From: Myxococcota bacterium
GTDB lineage: Bacteria; Myxococcota_A; Polyangia; Nannocystales; Nannocystaceae
Assembly (NCBI GenBank): GCA_039028615.1
Contig: JBCCHT010000002.1
Coordinates: forward strand, 64,001-128,000
Direction: 5' to 3'
DNA: 64,000 bases
Shown here: piece by piece, positions 20,010 to 29,967 of the stretch
How the letters are laid out: each line of letters opens with the position of its first letter
Position numbering within the stretch: position 1 is the first letter of the stretch
The notes under the pieces: generated by a model
Told to the model about the DNA's origin: nothing
The model's database searches: none
What the model saw: only the letters and a program-made list of their open reading frames with translations
Program-made: the position numbers and the translations under genes

Positions 20010-20527
20010 CCATGACCGCTGCTGCCCATACCGTGATGGAGTCGCCCGTCGGCTCGATCCGCCTCGTGGCCACCCATACTGCGTTGCAGGGGCTGTACTG
20101 GCCCGAACATCGAGGGGCTCCCCCGATGCCACCTCCGGCCGAGGGGCCACATCCCGTGCTCGACCTGGCCGTGGCGCAGCTGCGTGAGTACTTCCGAGGA
20201 CGGCGCCGGATCTTTTCCGTGCCGCTCGACCCCCAGGGGACTACATTTCAACGTGAAGTGTGGCGGCAGCTGAGCAGCATCGCCTTTGGCCAGCACGAGA
20301 CCTACACCTCGGTGGCTGCCGCCATTGGGCGCCCCGCTGCCGTTCGAGCCGTAGCCTCCGCCAACGCCCGCAACCCCCTGTCCATCATCGTGCCCTGCCA
20401 CCGGGTGATCGGTCGCGACGGCACGCTGCGCGGGTACGCGGGCGGGTTGGACGCAAAGCGCTGGCTGCTCGAGCACGAGCGCACCCACGCCCCCCTGTCC
20501 ACCGTGGAGGCCTCATGCTCGAGATGA
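20006..20527 (+). CDS. ogt: Methylated-DNA-protein-cysteine methyltransferase
   Basis: GTTFQREVW, RAVASANARNP, active-site PCHRVIG, GYAGG; ATGA overlap. Confidence 0.93.
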   Translation: MTMTAAAHTVMESPVGSIRLVATHTALQGLYWPEHRGAPPMPPPAEGPHPVLDLAVAQLREYFRGRRRIFSVPLDPQGTTFQREVWRQLSSIAFGQHETYTSVAAAIGRPAAVRAVASANARNPLSIIVPCHRVIGRDGTLRGYAGGLDAKRWLLEHERTHAPLSTVEASCSR

Positions 20528-20781
20528 GACCCAACTGCGAGCGGTGCGACATCGATCTTCCCGCCGACGGTGCCGAAGCGCTGATCTGCAGCTTCGAATG
20601 CACCTTCTGCCGCCCCTGCGTCGAAGGCCCGCTGAACCAGACCTGCCCCAACTGCGGCGGAGGGTTCAGCCTGCGGCCCACCCGCGCGGCGGCCCTGTGG
20701 GAGCGCTACCCGCCGTCCACGAAGCGGGTGCGCGGAGCATCATCGCTGCCCCGAAGCGGGCAGCAGGAGGAATCGACATGA
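20515..20781 (+). CDS. DUF1272-family Cys-rich small protein
   Basis: MLEMRPNCERCD...ICSFECTFCRPC...CPNCGG...RPTR; GGAGG RBS. Confidence 0.85.
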   Translation: MLEMRPNCERCDIDLPADGAEALICSFECTFCRPCVEGPLNQTCPNCGGGFSLRPTRAAALWERYPPSTKRVRGASSLPRSGQQEEST

Positions 20782-21080
20782 AAGCGTATTGCGAGCGCTG
20801 CGACGCAACGGTCGACGCGAGCCATCGGCACCCCACCACGCGAAAGCTGGGGTGGGTCTACGTCTCGCTCCTGATTCCGATCATCCCCATCCTCCCGATG
20901 GCGGCGTCCGACTACGTCGTCTCCCTGCCGTTGTTCATGGGGTACCTGCTCGGCTTCGGCCACGTGCTGGCCGTGCTCCGCGAGCCCGCGGTCTGCGACG
21001 AGTGCGGGGCGTACATCCCCAAGCCGGGCACGCCTCGCCCGGTCAGCGCCGCCGTGCCGTCGAATCCCTACCGGGGTTGA
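20778..21080 (+). CDS. Small membrane protein, CxxC-hydrophobic-CxxC (LITAF-like layout)
   Basis: AGGAGG RBS; YCERC, ~45-aa hydrophobic stretch, VCDECG. Confidence 0.7.
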   Translation: MKAYCERCDATVDASHRHPTTRKLGWVYVSLLIPIIPILPMAASDYVVSLPLFMGYLLGFGHVLAVLREPAVCDECGAYIPKPGTPRPVSAAVPSNPYRG

Positions 21081-22457
21081 TCACGCGACGGCGTCGCGCC
21101 GTCGCTTCCACACCAGGTACACGGGCACGCCCGCGAGCATCACCGCCATGTTCGCGAGCACGGTCCAGGTCTCCTGCACGAAGTAGTTGCCGAGCAGGAA
21201 CACCGCGGCCGCCAGGAACAACGCGGGCACGACCGGGTAGCCCCACGCTCGGTAGGGCCGCTCGGCGTCCGGCTCCCGCCGCCGCAGGATGAACACCGCG
21301 GCGACGCCCAGCGCGTAAAACGGCCAAATTCCGATGACGAACTGGTCGGCGAGCTGCGCAAAGGTGCGGACGGAGACGAACACCACGCCGAGCACCACCG
21401 ACAGGATGATCGCCCCGCCCGGCGTGCCAAAGCGCGGCTGCACCTTGGCCAGGCGGCGGAAGAACAGCCCATCCTCGGCCATCGCGTAGAAGATGCGGGG
21501 CCCGGTCATCATCGAGCCGTTGAGCGTGCCGAAGGTCGACAGCGCCACCGCGGCGGAGACCAGCACCACTCCGACGGGACCGATCACCGCCGACGCGACA
21601 TCGGCCGCGATGAGCTCGGAGCCCGGCATCTGTGAAAGCGGGACGACCAGCAGGTACGCCATCGTGACCGCGAGGTAGAGCACCGCGATGACCGAAGCCC
21701 CGAAGAAGAACGCCCGCGGCAGCGTGCGCTGCGGATCTTTGACCTCGCCGCTGACGTAGCCGACGTCCGACCACCCGTCGTAGGACCACAGCACAGGCAC
21801 CATGGCCAGGCCGAAGGCGGACACCATGCTCATCGACTCGCGGGGCGCCGCGACCTCGGTGGTGACCGTGCTCGTGCCCAGCGAGGCGATGCCCAAGACC
21901 ACCAGCGCGATCAGGGCGGCGACCTTCAGCACGGTGCTGGCGTTTTGCACCCAGGCGCCGCGGTCGATCCCGCGATAGTTGATCCAGCCCACCACGATGA
22001 CCAGCACTCCCGCGAGGATCTGCGCCCGGGTCAGCGGTCCGAGCACCTCGATGCCGCCGTCCATCCCGAACACCCGCCACAGGTACTCGCTGCTGGTGAT
22101 GGAGATCGCCCCGTACGACGCGGGCCGCAGCACGAGCAGCTGGGTCCAGCCGAACAAGAACGCGGCCAGGCCTCCGTAGGCGCGGCGCAGATAGACGTAG
22201 ATCCCGCCCGTCCGCGGCATCATGGCCGAAAGCTCCGAGTAGCTCAGCGCGCCCGCGACCGCCACGAGGCCGCCCACCGCCCACGCGGCGAGGAACAGCC
22301 ACACGACGTCGAGCCGCTCCGCCACCACCGCGGGCGTCCGAAAGATGCCGCTGCCGATGGTGGAGCCGATGAGCACCGCCGCCGCGCTGGCGAAACCGAG
22401 CTTGCGGGGCAGGCGTTCACCCCAGCGATCGGGCTCGGGCTGCGCGTCATCGGTCAC
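21081..22457 (-). CDS. APC-family amino acid permease
   Basis: IGSGIFRTP, YSELSAMMPRTGGIYVYLRRAYG, WSYDGW, GEVKDPQRTLPRA, RPYRAWGYP; start approximate. Confidence 0.9.
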   Translation of the reverse strand: MTDDAQPEPDRWGERLPRKLGFASAAAVLIGSTIGSGIFRTPAVVAERLDVVWLFLAAWAVGGLVAVAGALSYSELSAMMPRTGGIYVYLRRAYGGLAAFLFGWTQLLVLRPASYGAISITSSEYLWRVFGMDGGIEVLGPLTRAQILAGVLVIVVGWINYRGIDRGAWVQNASTVLKVAALIALVVLGIASLGTSTVTTEVAAPRESMSMVSAFGLAMVPVLWSYDGWSDVGYVSGEVKDPQRTLPRAFFFGASVIAVLYLAVTMAYLLVVPLSQMPGSELIAADVASAVIGPVGVVLVSAAVALSTFGTLNGSMMTGPRIFYAMAEDGLFFRRLAKVQPRFGTPGGAIILSVVLGVVFVSVRTFAQLADQFVIGIWPFYALGVAAVFILRRREPDAERPYRAWGYPVVPALFLAAAVFLLGNYFVQETWTVLANMAVMLAGVPVYLVWKRRRDAVA

Positions 22458-22539
22458 GGAGCGCAGTGTACCCACGGCCGCCCTCCACGCCGAGCAGGAG
22501 CCCTGGTGGGCACCTGCGGCCTTGTTATGGTCCCTCGCC

Positions 22540-23310
22540 ATGCGCTTATCCGAGCGAGTCGTGCTCATCACCGGGGCTTCGTCGGGCCTCGGTCGCAGTG
22601 TCGCCCTGGCCCTGGCGCATCGGGGCAACCGGGTCGCGGTGGTCGCCCGCCGAGGGCACTTGCTCGAGACCCTGGCCGAGGAGATCCGCGGCTACGGCTC
22701 GGACCCCCTGCCGCTGGTCGGTGATGCACTCGACCCCGAGTTCGCTCGGTCCGCCGTCGATGCGGTGATCGATCGCTGGGGTCGACTCGATGCCTGCCTG
22801 CTCAACATCGGCCACGGCCCCACCCAGGATCTACGGACGATCGATGCCGCCGCCGCGTCGTCGATCATGCGGCTGAACTACGACACGCTCGTGAACTTCT
22901 TCTTTCCCGTGGCGGCGGTGATGAAGACGCAGCCCGAGGGCGGGCTCATCGCGCATACCAACTCGTTGGCGGGCTACCTGGGCATTCCGTTGCAAGGCCC
23001 CTACTGCGCGGCCAAGGCCGCGGGGCGCCTGTTCATGGAGACGGCCCAGATCGAGCTGGCCGCCGAAGGCGTCCGCGCGATCACGATCTGCCCCGGCTTC
23101 ATCGGCACGGGCACGGGCAACGACGAGGAACTCGAGCGCCCCTTCGAGGTCACCGTGGAGCAAGCCGCCCACGCGATCATCCGAGCGATGGAGAAGGAAG
23201 ACCCCGAGTCGGCCTTCCCCCGCCGCCTCTATGCGCTGACCCGCGTCGCCCGCTGGCTGCCGCGACCGGTGCGACAGGCCGCGCTGCGTCGGGTCATCGG
23301 CGGCGAGTAG
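22540..23310 (+). CDS. Short-chain dehydrogenase/reductase
   Basis: TGASSGLG, NS, YCAAK. Confidence 0.88.
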   Translation: MRLSERVVLITGASSGLGRSVALALAHRGNRVAVVARRGHLLETLAEEIRGYGSDPLPLVGDALDPEFARSAVDAVIDRWGRLDACLLNIGHGPTQDLRTIDAAAASSIMRLNYDTLVNFFFPVAAVMKTQPEGGLIAHTNSLAGYLGIPLQGPYCAAKAAGRLFMETAQIELAAEGVRAITICPGFIGTGTGNDEELERPFEVTVEQAAHAIIRAMEKEDPESAFPRRLYALTRVARWLPRPVRQAALRRVIGGE

Positions 23311-23330
23311 CCCCGCAACTGCGCACGCGC

Positions 23331-24536
23331 TTACGCGGTCTGAGGCTGCCCCTGCCAACGCTCCACGCGCAGCTCGATCGGCTCGGCCCGATGGGCGTTG
23401 CCTCGGACCACGCGCATCCATCCCTCGTGCAGGCCCATCGCAATCACGGCACAGGTGGCGGTGGCGGTCGGGTCCTCGGGGTCGGGCTCGATGCACAAAC
23501 TGCCCTTCCCGTCCTCCTGGGTATGCAGCAGGCTCCAGAGCGCTTCGGCATCGGTGGGGCGCTGCTGGGCATAGAGCGTGGTGGCCAGGTTGAGCCGCGC
23601 AAAGCTGGTGCTGCCCGCGGGGACCGCCTCCCGCCGTCGCAGCACGGGATCGAAGCAGTGGTTGGTGTGCACGTGCGCCGCCCGGGGCCCCAGCTGCGTC
23701 AGCACCTTGAGCTCACCGCTGGTCTCGATGCCGTAGTAGTCGTAGCCGTCGGCGATCACGTAGTGGTGCCCACTGGATAGAGGCGTGCGCTCGAGCAGGG
23801 CCCGCGCCGCCGCGGCGTTGGGCTCGTCGAGCATCGCCCGCACCACCGCCGGCCACACCACGCCCACACGCGCATCGGTACTCGACAGGTTGTTGACGGT
23901 CACCGCGACGCCTCGACCGCTAATGCCCGCGGCGCCCAAACACCCCGCCAGCGTCATGCACAGCACCTCTTCGTCACGGTCTTTGGGAGCGATCCGCAGC
24001 ATGCGGACGTGAGCCTCCGCGTTGCCGTGCAGGTCCCAGGTCACCCCCTGGAGCGGCCCTCGCTTGCCGTTGAAGTACACCGCCGTACAGCCTCCGGGAT
24101 CCCCTCCCGCGCCTTCGACCTCGGCCTCGTTCCGACCGATCGGTTGGCCAGCGTCGGCGTCGAGCACTGCGCGGGGAACATCACGAAGATCGGTGTAGTG
24201 GTTGAGCACCACCACCCGCTCGGGCGACACGTCGGCCCCCTCGGCAATGCCTTCGAGTTCGTCGGCCATGGCCGGTAGGTGCCGCCTGAGGCAAGGCAGA
24301 TGCAGACCCGCGACACCGAGGACTTCTGCCTCATCGCGGAAGTCTCCGCAGCGCAGGGCCAGGGCGAGGCGGATCTCGGCGAGCTCGGCGACGGCCGCTC
24401 TCCAGTGCTCGCCATGGGCTCGACCGCGCTCTTTGGCATCGACCTGGTCGAGCACCAACGGTTCGAGTGGGTGGGCGACTCTCCCACCGGGGTTTGTCTC
24501 GCCCGGTCGGGCGTCAACATCACTGGGCCGGCTCAC
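23331..24536 (-). CDS. Peptidase C45 / acyl-CoA:6-APA acyltransferase-like Ntn hydrolase
   Basis: RGRAHGE, ELEGIAEGA, autocleavage site GG|CTAV, HTNH; start uncertain (24536-24560). Confidence 0.8.
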   Translation of the reverse strand: MSRPSDVDARPGETNPGGRVAHPLEPLVLDQVDAKERGRAHGEHWRAAVAELAEIRLALALRCGDFRDEAEVLGVAGLHLPCLRRHLPAMADELEGIAEGADVSPERVVVLNHYTDLRDVPRAVLDADAGQPIGRNEAEVEGAGGDPGGCTAVYFNGKRGPLQGVTWDLHGNAEAHVRMLRIAPKDRDEEVLCMTLAGCLGAAGISGRGVAVTVNNLSSTDARVGVVWPAVVRAMLDEPNAAAARALLERTPLSSGHHYVIADGYDYYGIETSGELKVLTQLGPRAAHVHTNHCFDPVLRRREAVPAGSTSFARLNLATTLYAQQRPTDAEALWSLLHTQEDGKGSLCIEPDPEDPTATATCAVIAMGLHEGWMRVVRGNAHRAEPIELRVERWQGQPQTA

Positions 24537-24612
24537 ATGTCGATCATAGCTTGAATCCATTAACCGCTTCGATTGCGGTCGCTACTCCGCGCACCCCTGC
24601 TAAGGTGGTGAC

Positions 24613-25497
24613 GTGATGGGACGTCGACGGGTCGAAACCGGGTACTACGGCGGTCCAGGCTTCGCGCTCTACCACGCGCGAGGCGCTGAGGGTCGGACGC
24701 CGCTGGAGCCCCACTTCCACGACGAGTACCTCATCTCCGCTCAGGTTCGCGGGGACGAGCAGTTCCACGTAGGAAGTACGCTGCACCGTTTCCGCGAAGG
24801 CGACATCGCACTCATCAACCCGCAGCAGGTGCACACCGGCAATGCCCGCGGGGACGATGTCGAGTACGTCAGCCTCTATGTCGACCGCGAGGTCGTCCGG
24901 GCGCTGGCCAACGACCTCGGTGCGCCCAACCACACCCCCGAGTTCACGTCGCTTCGCGCCTGCGCCCACCAAGACCTGGTGCGCTCCATGGCGCACCTGC
25001 TCGAGCTGGTGCGCCGCCGCGACGGCGACTTCGGTCCCGAAGGCAACGCCGACCCGCCCACCACGCTGGATATCAACACCGCCTTGCAGCAGGTGTTGGT
25101 CTGGTCCTTCGAGGGCTTCTCCAACCTCCGGGTGCCCCGCATGCGTTCCACCGCGCGCGTGGGCCATCGCAAGATCGCCCGGGTGCTCGAGTACCTCCGC
25201 TCGCTGCCTCCCAACGCGACCCCCGAGGACACCTCGCTCGACCGCCTCGCCCTCGAGGCCGAGCTGTCCAAGTTCCACTTCGTGCGACAGTTCCAGCGCT
25301 CGGTCGGCATGACCCCGGGCGCGTACCTCCGCACCTTGCGGCTGTGTCACGCCGCGCGCCTGCTCCGGCGCCGTCGCGATCCCATCGTCGACATCGCCAT
25401 GGCGGTCGGGTTCTCCGATCACCCCAGCTTCAGCCGCGCCTTTGCCCGCCACATGGGCATGACCCCGAGCCAGTACCGCGCGCTCGGGCCCCTGTAG
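24613..25497 (+). CDS. AraC-family regulator with cupin sensor domain
   Basis: PHFHDEY..INPQQVH; C-terminal LSKFHFVRQF..GFSDHPSFSRAF. Confidence 0.9.
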   Translation: MMGRRRVETGYYGGPGFALYHARGAEGRTPLEPHFHDEYLISAQVRGDEQFHVGSTLHRFREGDIALINPQQVHTGNARGDDVEYVSLYVDREVVRALANDLGAPNHTPEFTSLRACAHQDLVRSMAHLLELVRRRDGDFGPEGNADPPTTLDINTALQQVLVWSFEGFSNLRVPRMRSTARVGHRKIARVLEYLRSLPPNATPEDTSLDRLALEAELSKFHFVRQFQRSVGMTPGAYLRTLRLCHAARLLRRRRDPIVDIAMAVGFSDHPSFSRAFARHMGMTPSQYRALGPL

Positions 25498-25523
25498 GCC
25501 GCGTCGAACCGCTGCTGCGCCGC

Positions 25524-28500
25524 TCAGGGCTGCTCGCCGCGGAGCCCGAGCCACGCATCGATATCGGTGAGTCGTGGGGCAAAGACCTCGCCGAAGCTCG
25601 CCCAGCGGGTGCGAGCGGCTCGGGCCGAGCGTAGCGCCTCTTCGCTCGCGGCCGGGTCGGTCCCCAGCTCGCGCGCGAGCGCCCACTGCACCTTCGCCCG
25701 GGTGGCCGGCCCCACGTCGTTGGACTGCGCGAGCGCCAGCGCCTCGCGAAGGTGACCTCGCGCGACCTCGTGGCGCCCCGCCGCCTGCTCCACCTCGGTG
25801 AGCGTCAACAACATGAGCACGAGGTTGCCGTTGCGGTCGCCCATCAACAGTCGAGCAATGCGCATCGCCTCGGTCAGCGCCGTGCGGGCCTCGGTCAGCT
25901 CGCCCCGCGCCAGGTGCAGTCGCGCCCGCCCCCAATGCACCCGCTCCATGGCGGGCTCTTCGGGGCTGAAGTTGGCGTCGACGATCGGCTCCGCCAACGC
26001 GAAGCGCTCGGCCGCGTCGTCGATGCGCCCCAGCTCGAGCGCCAGCACCCCTTCGTCGACCAGGATCTGCGCCACCACGCCGTGGCTCGGGCCGTGGACC
26101 GCCTCGAGGAGGTCCCGCGCGCGCTGAAAAAGCGCCAAGGCCTCGGTGGGCTGCCCCATGGCCACGCGCAGGCGAGCCTGATCGATCCAGTTCCACCCGA
26201 TCTCGGGATGCCCGGGCTCGACCGCGTCCTCGTAGATCGCCTGGGCCTCCGCGTAGAGCTTCTTCGCCTCTTCGAAGCGCTCCTGGAGGACTGCGACGTC
26301 CCCCAACCCGCCGAGAGCCCGCGCGACGGGGACCGTCCGGTCGCCGGTCGACTCGCGATAGATCTCGATCGCCCGGCGATACAGCGCGTTGGCCCGCTCC
26401 CGCTCGGAGAGCACCGCCACCGTCTCGGCGAGGTTGGTCAGCACATGGGCGAGGGACGGATGCTTGGGGCCGAATACCGTCTCGAAGATCTCGACCGCAT
26501 GCTCGTAGTTGTCTCGAGCCGACTCGAAGCGCCCCATCTGATGCACGCACAGGGCCAGCCGCTCCAGGGCCGTCGCGACCTCGGGATGGTCTTCGCCCAG
26601 TGCCTCGACCAAGACATCGTGTGCTCGCTGGAAGTGCTCGAGGGCCTCCTCGTACTTGCCCTCATGCGCGAGCATGACCCCGAGGTTGCCGTCGAGCCGA
26701 GCTTGCATGGCCGGGTCGGGCGGCAGGCGATCGATCGAGGACTGTGCGTGGCGAGCCCACCGCCGCGCCTCGTCGAAGCGACCCAGCCGCTGCGCCTCGA
26801 CGTGCACCAGCGTGGTCGCGGTGTCGGCCGCCAGCTCGTAGTCGTCGATGCTGCTGGCGAAGTGTGTCGCCTCGATCAGGGCCTCGGCCGCCTGCTTGGT
26901 GTCGCCACGCATGAGCCCGAAACGCGCGACGATGACCCGGGCGCGACCGATCGTGGGGGGGTGCCCCAGCGCCTGTGCCCGCACCAACGCCTGGCGCGCC
27001 CGCTCCTCGCCCTCGTCGTAGCGCCCGACCCTCCCGTGGGCCCACGCGATTTCCAGATCGGTGTCGACCTTCTCGGCCTCCCGACGAATCCGCGGGTCGG
27101 CGGGCAACGGCACGGTGGAGCGCAGGATGGCCAGATCCTCGCAGCGAGCCAGCTGGGGTAGCCCCGCCACCTGCTGCACCGCGCTCGAGACCACTCGCGC
27201 GTCGGCATCCAGCAGCAGCTCCACCGTGGTGGACATCGATCCGTGGGCATCGCTGAGACACCGCATCTTCAGGTCGAGGTCTTCGTCCGCGGCCGGTCCC
27301 GGGTCCCCGCCGCCCATGCACGTCCGCTCGTAGCTCGAGCGCCAGTCGTCGGCGTAGTCGTCGAGTCGACGAGCGGCGCGTTCGTAGGCATCGGCGGCAT
27401 AGCTGCGCCCGGTGGCGACGAAGGCCGCGCGCAGCTGCTCGCTCTTCTCGTCGCCCCAGATCGAGTCGATGCGCTGGGCCCCGGCGTCGCAGGCCTCGGC
27501 CCGGTCGTCGACGATCGCCCATCGCGAGATCCACCCGAGAAGCGACAGCCCCACGACGCTCGCGATGGCCCACGAGCGAGCACTACGACCGCGCCCGACC
27601 TTCGCGAGCTGGGCTCGCAGCGCGTGCATGCTCTCGAAGCGACCGTCCGGCTCGGGGCTGAGCCCGCGGGTGAGCACCCCTCGCAGCTCCCGAGGCACGG
27701 GGACCTTGGCGTCTTCGAAGTCGAAGTTGGCGCGGTGCTTGTCGCGAGCGAGCGCCTCGAAGTCGCGAGTGTCGAAGGGCCTACGGCCGAGCCACAGCTG
27801 GAAGGCCGTGACACAGAAGGCGTACTGGTCGGCCCGCGCGTCGATGTCCACCGTATGGTGCTGCTCGGGCGCCATGTAGGGCGGCGTGCCCACGACCATG
27901 CCGTCCCGCGTCAGATCACCCGTGGGCTCGAGCGAGACGACCGAGGTCGTGCCGTCGAGCGAGCCCGGGGCCTGGCGCTCGACCAGCCGCGCGAGCCCGA
28001 AATCCATGACGAGCACGCGGCCGTCGTCGTCGAGCATCACGTTCGCGGGCTTGAAGTCGCGATGCACGAAGCCCGCGTCGTGGACCGCCCCCAGCCCCTG
28101 CGCGGCGGCCTCGAGCACCTCGAGCATGCGCTTGGGCGAGTGCGGACCACGACGAGCCCAGGCCGACAGTGTCTGACCTTTGACGAGCTCCATGGCCAAA
28201 AAGACCCGCCCCCGATGAACCCCGACGTCGTAGATCGACACGACGTTGGGGTGCGAGAGCCGGGCGAGCGCCAAGCCCTCGCGACGCAGCCGCTCCTGCG
28301 CCCGGTCGTCGGCGCGGCCTCGCTCGAGCAGCAGCTTGATGGCGACCGCTCGGTCGAGCTCGGGGTCGTCGGCCTCCCACACCACGCCCATGCCCCCGCG
28401 GCCGATCCGCTGTACCAGTCGGTAGCGTCCGATGCGTTCGCCGGGCGTCAGCGCCTCGCTACTTGGCGGCCGAGCCAGCTTGTGGGTCGGGGTGTGGGCG

Positions 28501-28565
28501 TCGGCCTCTCGCGGTTGCCCCTGCACCGTGAGCGTCTCGACCTCGCTGTCGATCCCCTGCCCCAC
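25524..28565 (-). CDS. Ser/Thr protein kinase with TM segment and C-terminal TPR repeats
   Basis: IGRGGMGVV, AIK, HRDFKPANV, DFGLA, GTPPYMAPE; kinesin-light-chain-type TPRs (GEDHPEVATAL). Confidence 0.92.
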   Translation of the reverse strand: MGQGIDSEVETLTVQGQPREADAHTPTHKLARPPSSEALTPGERIGRYRLVQRIGRGGMGVVWEADDPELDRAVAIKLLLERGRADDRAQERLRREGLALARLSHPNVVSIYDVGVHRGRVFLAMELVKGQTLSAWARRGPHSPKRMLEVLEAAAQGLGAVHDAGFVHRDFKPANVMLDDDGRVLVMDFGLARLVERQAPGSLDGTTSVVSLEPTGDLTRDGMVVGTPPYMAPEQHHTVDIDARADQYAFCVTAFQLWLGRRPFDTRDFEALARDKHRANFDFEDAKVPVPRELRGVLTRGLSPEPDGRFESMHALRAQLAKVGRGRSARSWAIASVVGLSLLGWISRWAIVDDRAEACDAGAQRIDSIWGDEKSEQLRAAFVATGRSYAADAYERAARRLDDYADDWRSSYERTCMGGGDPGPAADEDLDLKMRCLSDAHGSMSTTVELLLDADARVVSSAVQQVAGLPQLARCEDLAILRSTVPLPADPRIRREAEKVDTDLEIAWAHGRVGRYDEGEERARQALVRAQALGHPPTIGRARVIVARFGLMRGDTKQAAEALIEATHFASSIDDYELAADTATTLVHVEAQRLGRFDEARRWARHAQSSIDRLPPDPAMQARLDGNLGVMLAHEGKYEEALEHFQRAHDVLVEALGEDHPEVATALERLALCVHQMGRFESARDNYEHAVEIFETVFGPKHPSLAHVLTNLAETVAVLSERERANALYRRAIEIYRESTGDRTVPVARALGGLGDVAVLQERFEEAKKLYAEAQAIYEDAVEPGHPEIGWNWIDQARLRVAMGQPTEALALFQRARDLLEAVHGPSHGVVAQILVDEGVLALELGRIDDAAERFALAEPIVDANFSPEEPAMERVHWGRARLHLARGELTEARTALTEAMRIARLLMGDRNGNLVLMLLTLTEVEQAAGRHEVARGHLREALALAQSNDVGPATRAKVQWALARELGTDPAASEEALRSARAARTRWASFGEVFAPRLTDIDAWLGLRGEQP

Positions 28566-28616
28566 CCCTCGACTAGCATGGGCGCCCCCTGCGGTGGTCG
28601 CAAGCCAACGGCGGAG

Positions 28617-29813
28617 TCAGGCCGAGGCCGGCGGCGAGAGTCGTCGTGCCGGACCGAGCACCAAACCGGCCAGAACCAGCGCCATCACCCCTCCCGCGAC
28701 CATCACGGGTAAATAGCCCAGCTGGTCCGCCACCGCGCCCGCGGCCGGATACGCGATCAGGGATCCACTCATATAGACGACCTGCGCCGCGGTGAACTGA
28801 GCCGCGCCCGCATCCTCGCTCCGCCACGACATCGCCAGGTGGAAGATGGCGACCGCCACCGCGCCCCCGGCCGCGTTCTCCAGCCCGCCCACGATGGCAT
28901 AGCCGATCGGCGTGACGTCGAACTGCGAGTAGATGCCCAGCGCCACCAAACATAGCCCCTGGAGGCCGGCCGCCTTGGGCAGCAGACCCTGCCAGCCCCC
29001 TCGCCATGCGATCGCACCGCCGATGGCGGCCCCGACCATCGTCATGATGCCGCCCACCGCCCCGTCGATGGTGCCGATGAGCGGCACGGAGAACCCCTGG
29101 TCGACGAGCATCGGGGTCACCATGGCGCCGCCGAAGGTCTCGCCGAATTTGGCGAAGACCAAAAATGCCCAGAACCACGCCCCCTGAGATCCGATGGCGC
29201 GACGCAGGGCCGAGAGCACGTCGCCCAGGCTCTCGGGCGTCCGGGTTCGCGGCGGCTCGTGAAACAGCAACACCGCGACCATCACCACGAAGATGAGCGC
29301 GGCCATGATCCCGAACGCACCCGACCAGCCCAGCCACGCGGTGACCGACAGCAGCACGCCACCGCCGACGATGTTGCCGAGCTTGAAGCCGGAGACCTGC
29401 GCCGCGTTGCCCGGGGCCAGCTCGCGATCGCCCAGCAGGTCGACCGCGAGTCCATCGACCGCGATGTCTTGCGTCGCCGCGAACACGTTGAGCAAAAGGA
29501 ACATGGCCGCGACCAGCCACAGACCATCCCGGGGCTCGATGCCGATGAAGGCCAGCGTGATCCCGAGCATCCCCAGCTGAGCCGGCACCAACCATGTCTT
29601 GCGATGACCAAAACCGGCGTGGCCGAAACGATCGACCAGCGGCGCCCACAACAGCTTGAGCATCCACGGCAGCGACAGCGCCCCCGCGAAGCCGACCTCG
29701 GTCAGGCTCAGGCCCTCCATGCGCAAGATCGCGGGCAAGGCCTTGGACAAAAACCCTCCGGGGAGCCCCTGGCAGAAGTACAGCGCAAAGAGCAGCGGTA
29801 GGGTCCGACCCAC
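28617..29813 (-). CDS. MFS transporter, AmpG/RhtX-FptX family
   Basis: LYFCQGLP, LPWMLKLLWAPLVDR, ATQDIAVDG; ~12 hydrophobic segments; start approximate. Confidence 0.85.
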   Translation of the reverse strand: MGRTLPLLFALYFCQGLPGGFLSKALPAILRMEGLSLTEVGFAGALSLPWMLKLLWAPLVDRFGHAGFGHRKTWLVPAQLGMLGITLAFIGIEPRDGLWLVAAMFLLLNVFAATQDIAVDGLAVDLLGDRELAPGNAAQVSGFKLGNIVGGGVLLSVTAWLGWSGAFGIMAALIFVVMVAVLLFHEPPRTRTPESLGDVLSALRRAIGSQGAWFWAFLVFAKFGETFGGAMVTPMLVDQGFSVPLIGTIDGAVGGIMTMVGAAIGGAIAWRGGWQGLLPKAAGLQGLCLVALGIYSQFDVTPIGYAIVGGLENAAGGAVAVAIFHLAMSWRSEDAGAAQFTAAQVVYMSGSLIAYPAAGAVADQLGYLPVMVAGGVMALVLAGLVLGPARRLSPPASA

Positions 29814-29967
29814 GACGGGCCGACCATAACGCGGTCCACGGGCGCCGTGCTCGACGCCGGGAAACGGGTAGACTGGGCGCCTGGACCCTCCTGCGCCACG
29901 CTTCGATCCCAGCGGCCGTGATTCCACGGGCGGTAGCCGCGGTCGCTCCGACGACGGCCGGCGAAAG

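Noticed and set aside
18674..20527. 617-aa ORF suggesting a long Ogt fusion or a frameshift with alkA
   Set aside because: Only the last 173 codons resemble Ogt, and the ATGA overlap at 20006 explains the arrangement.
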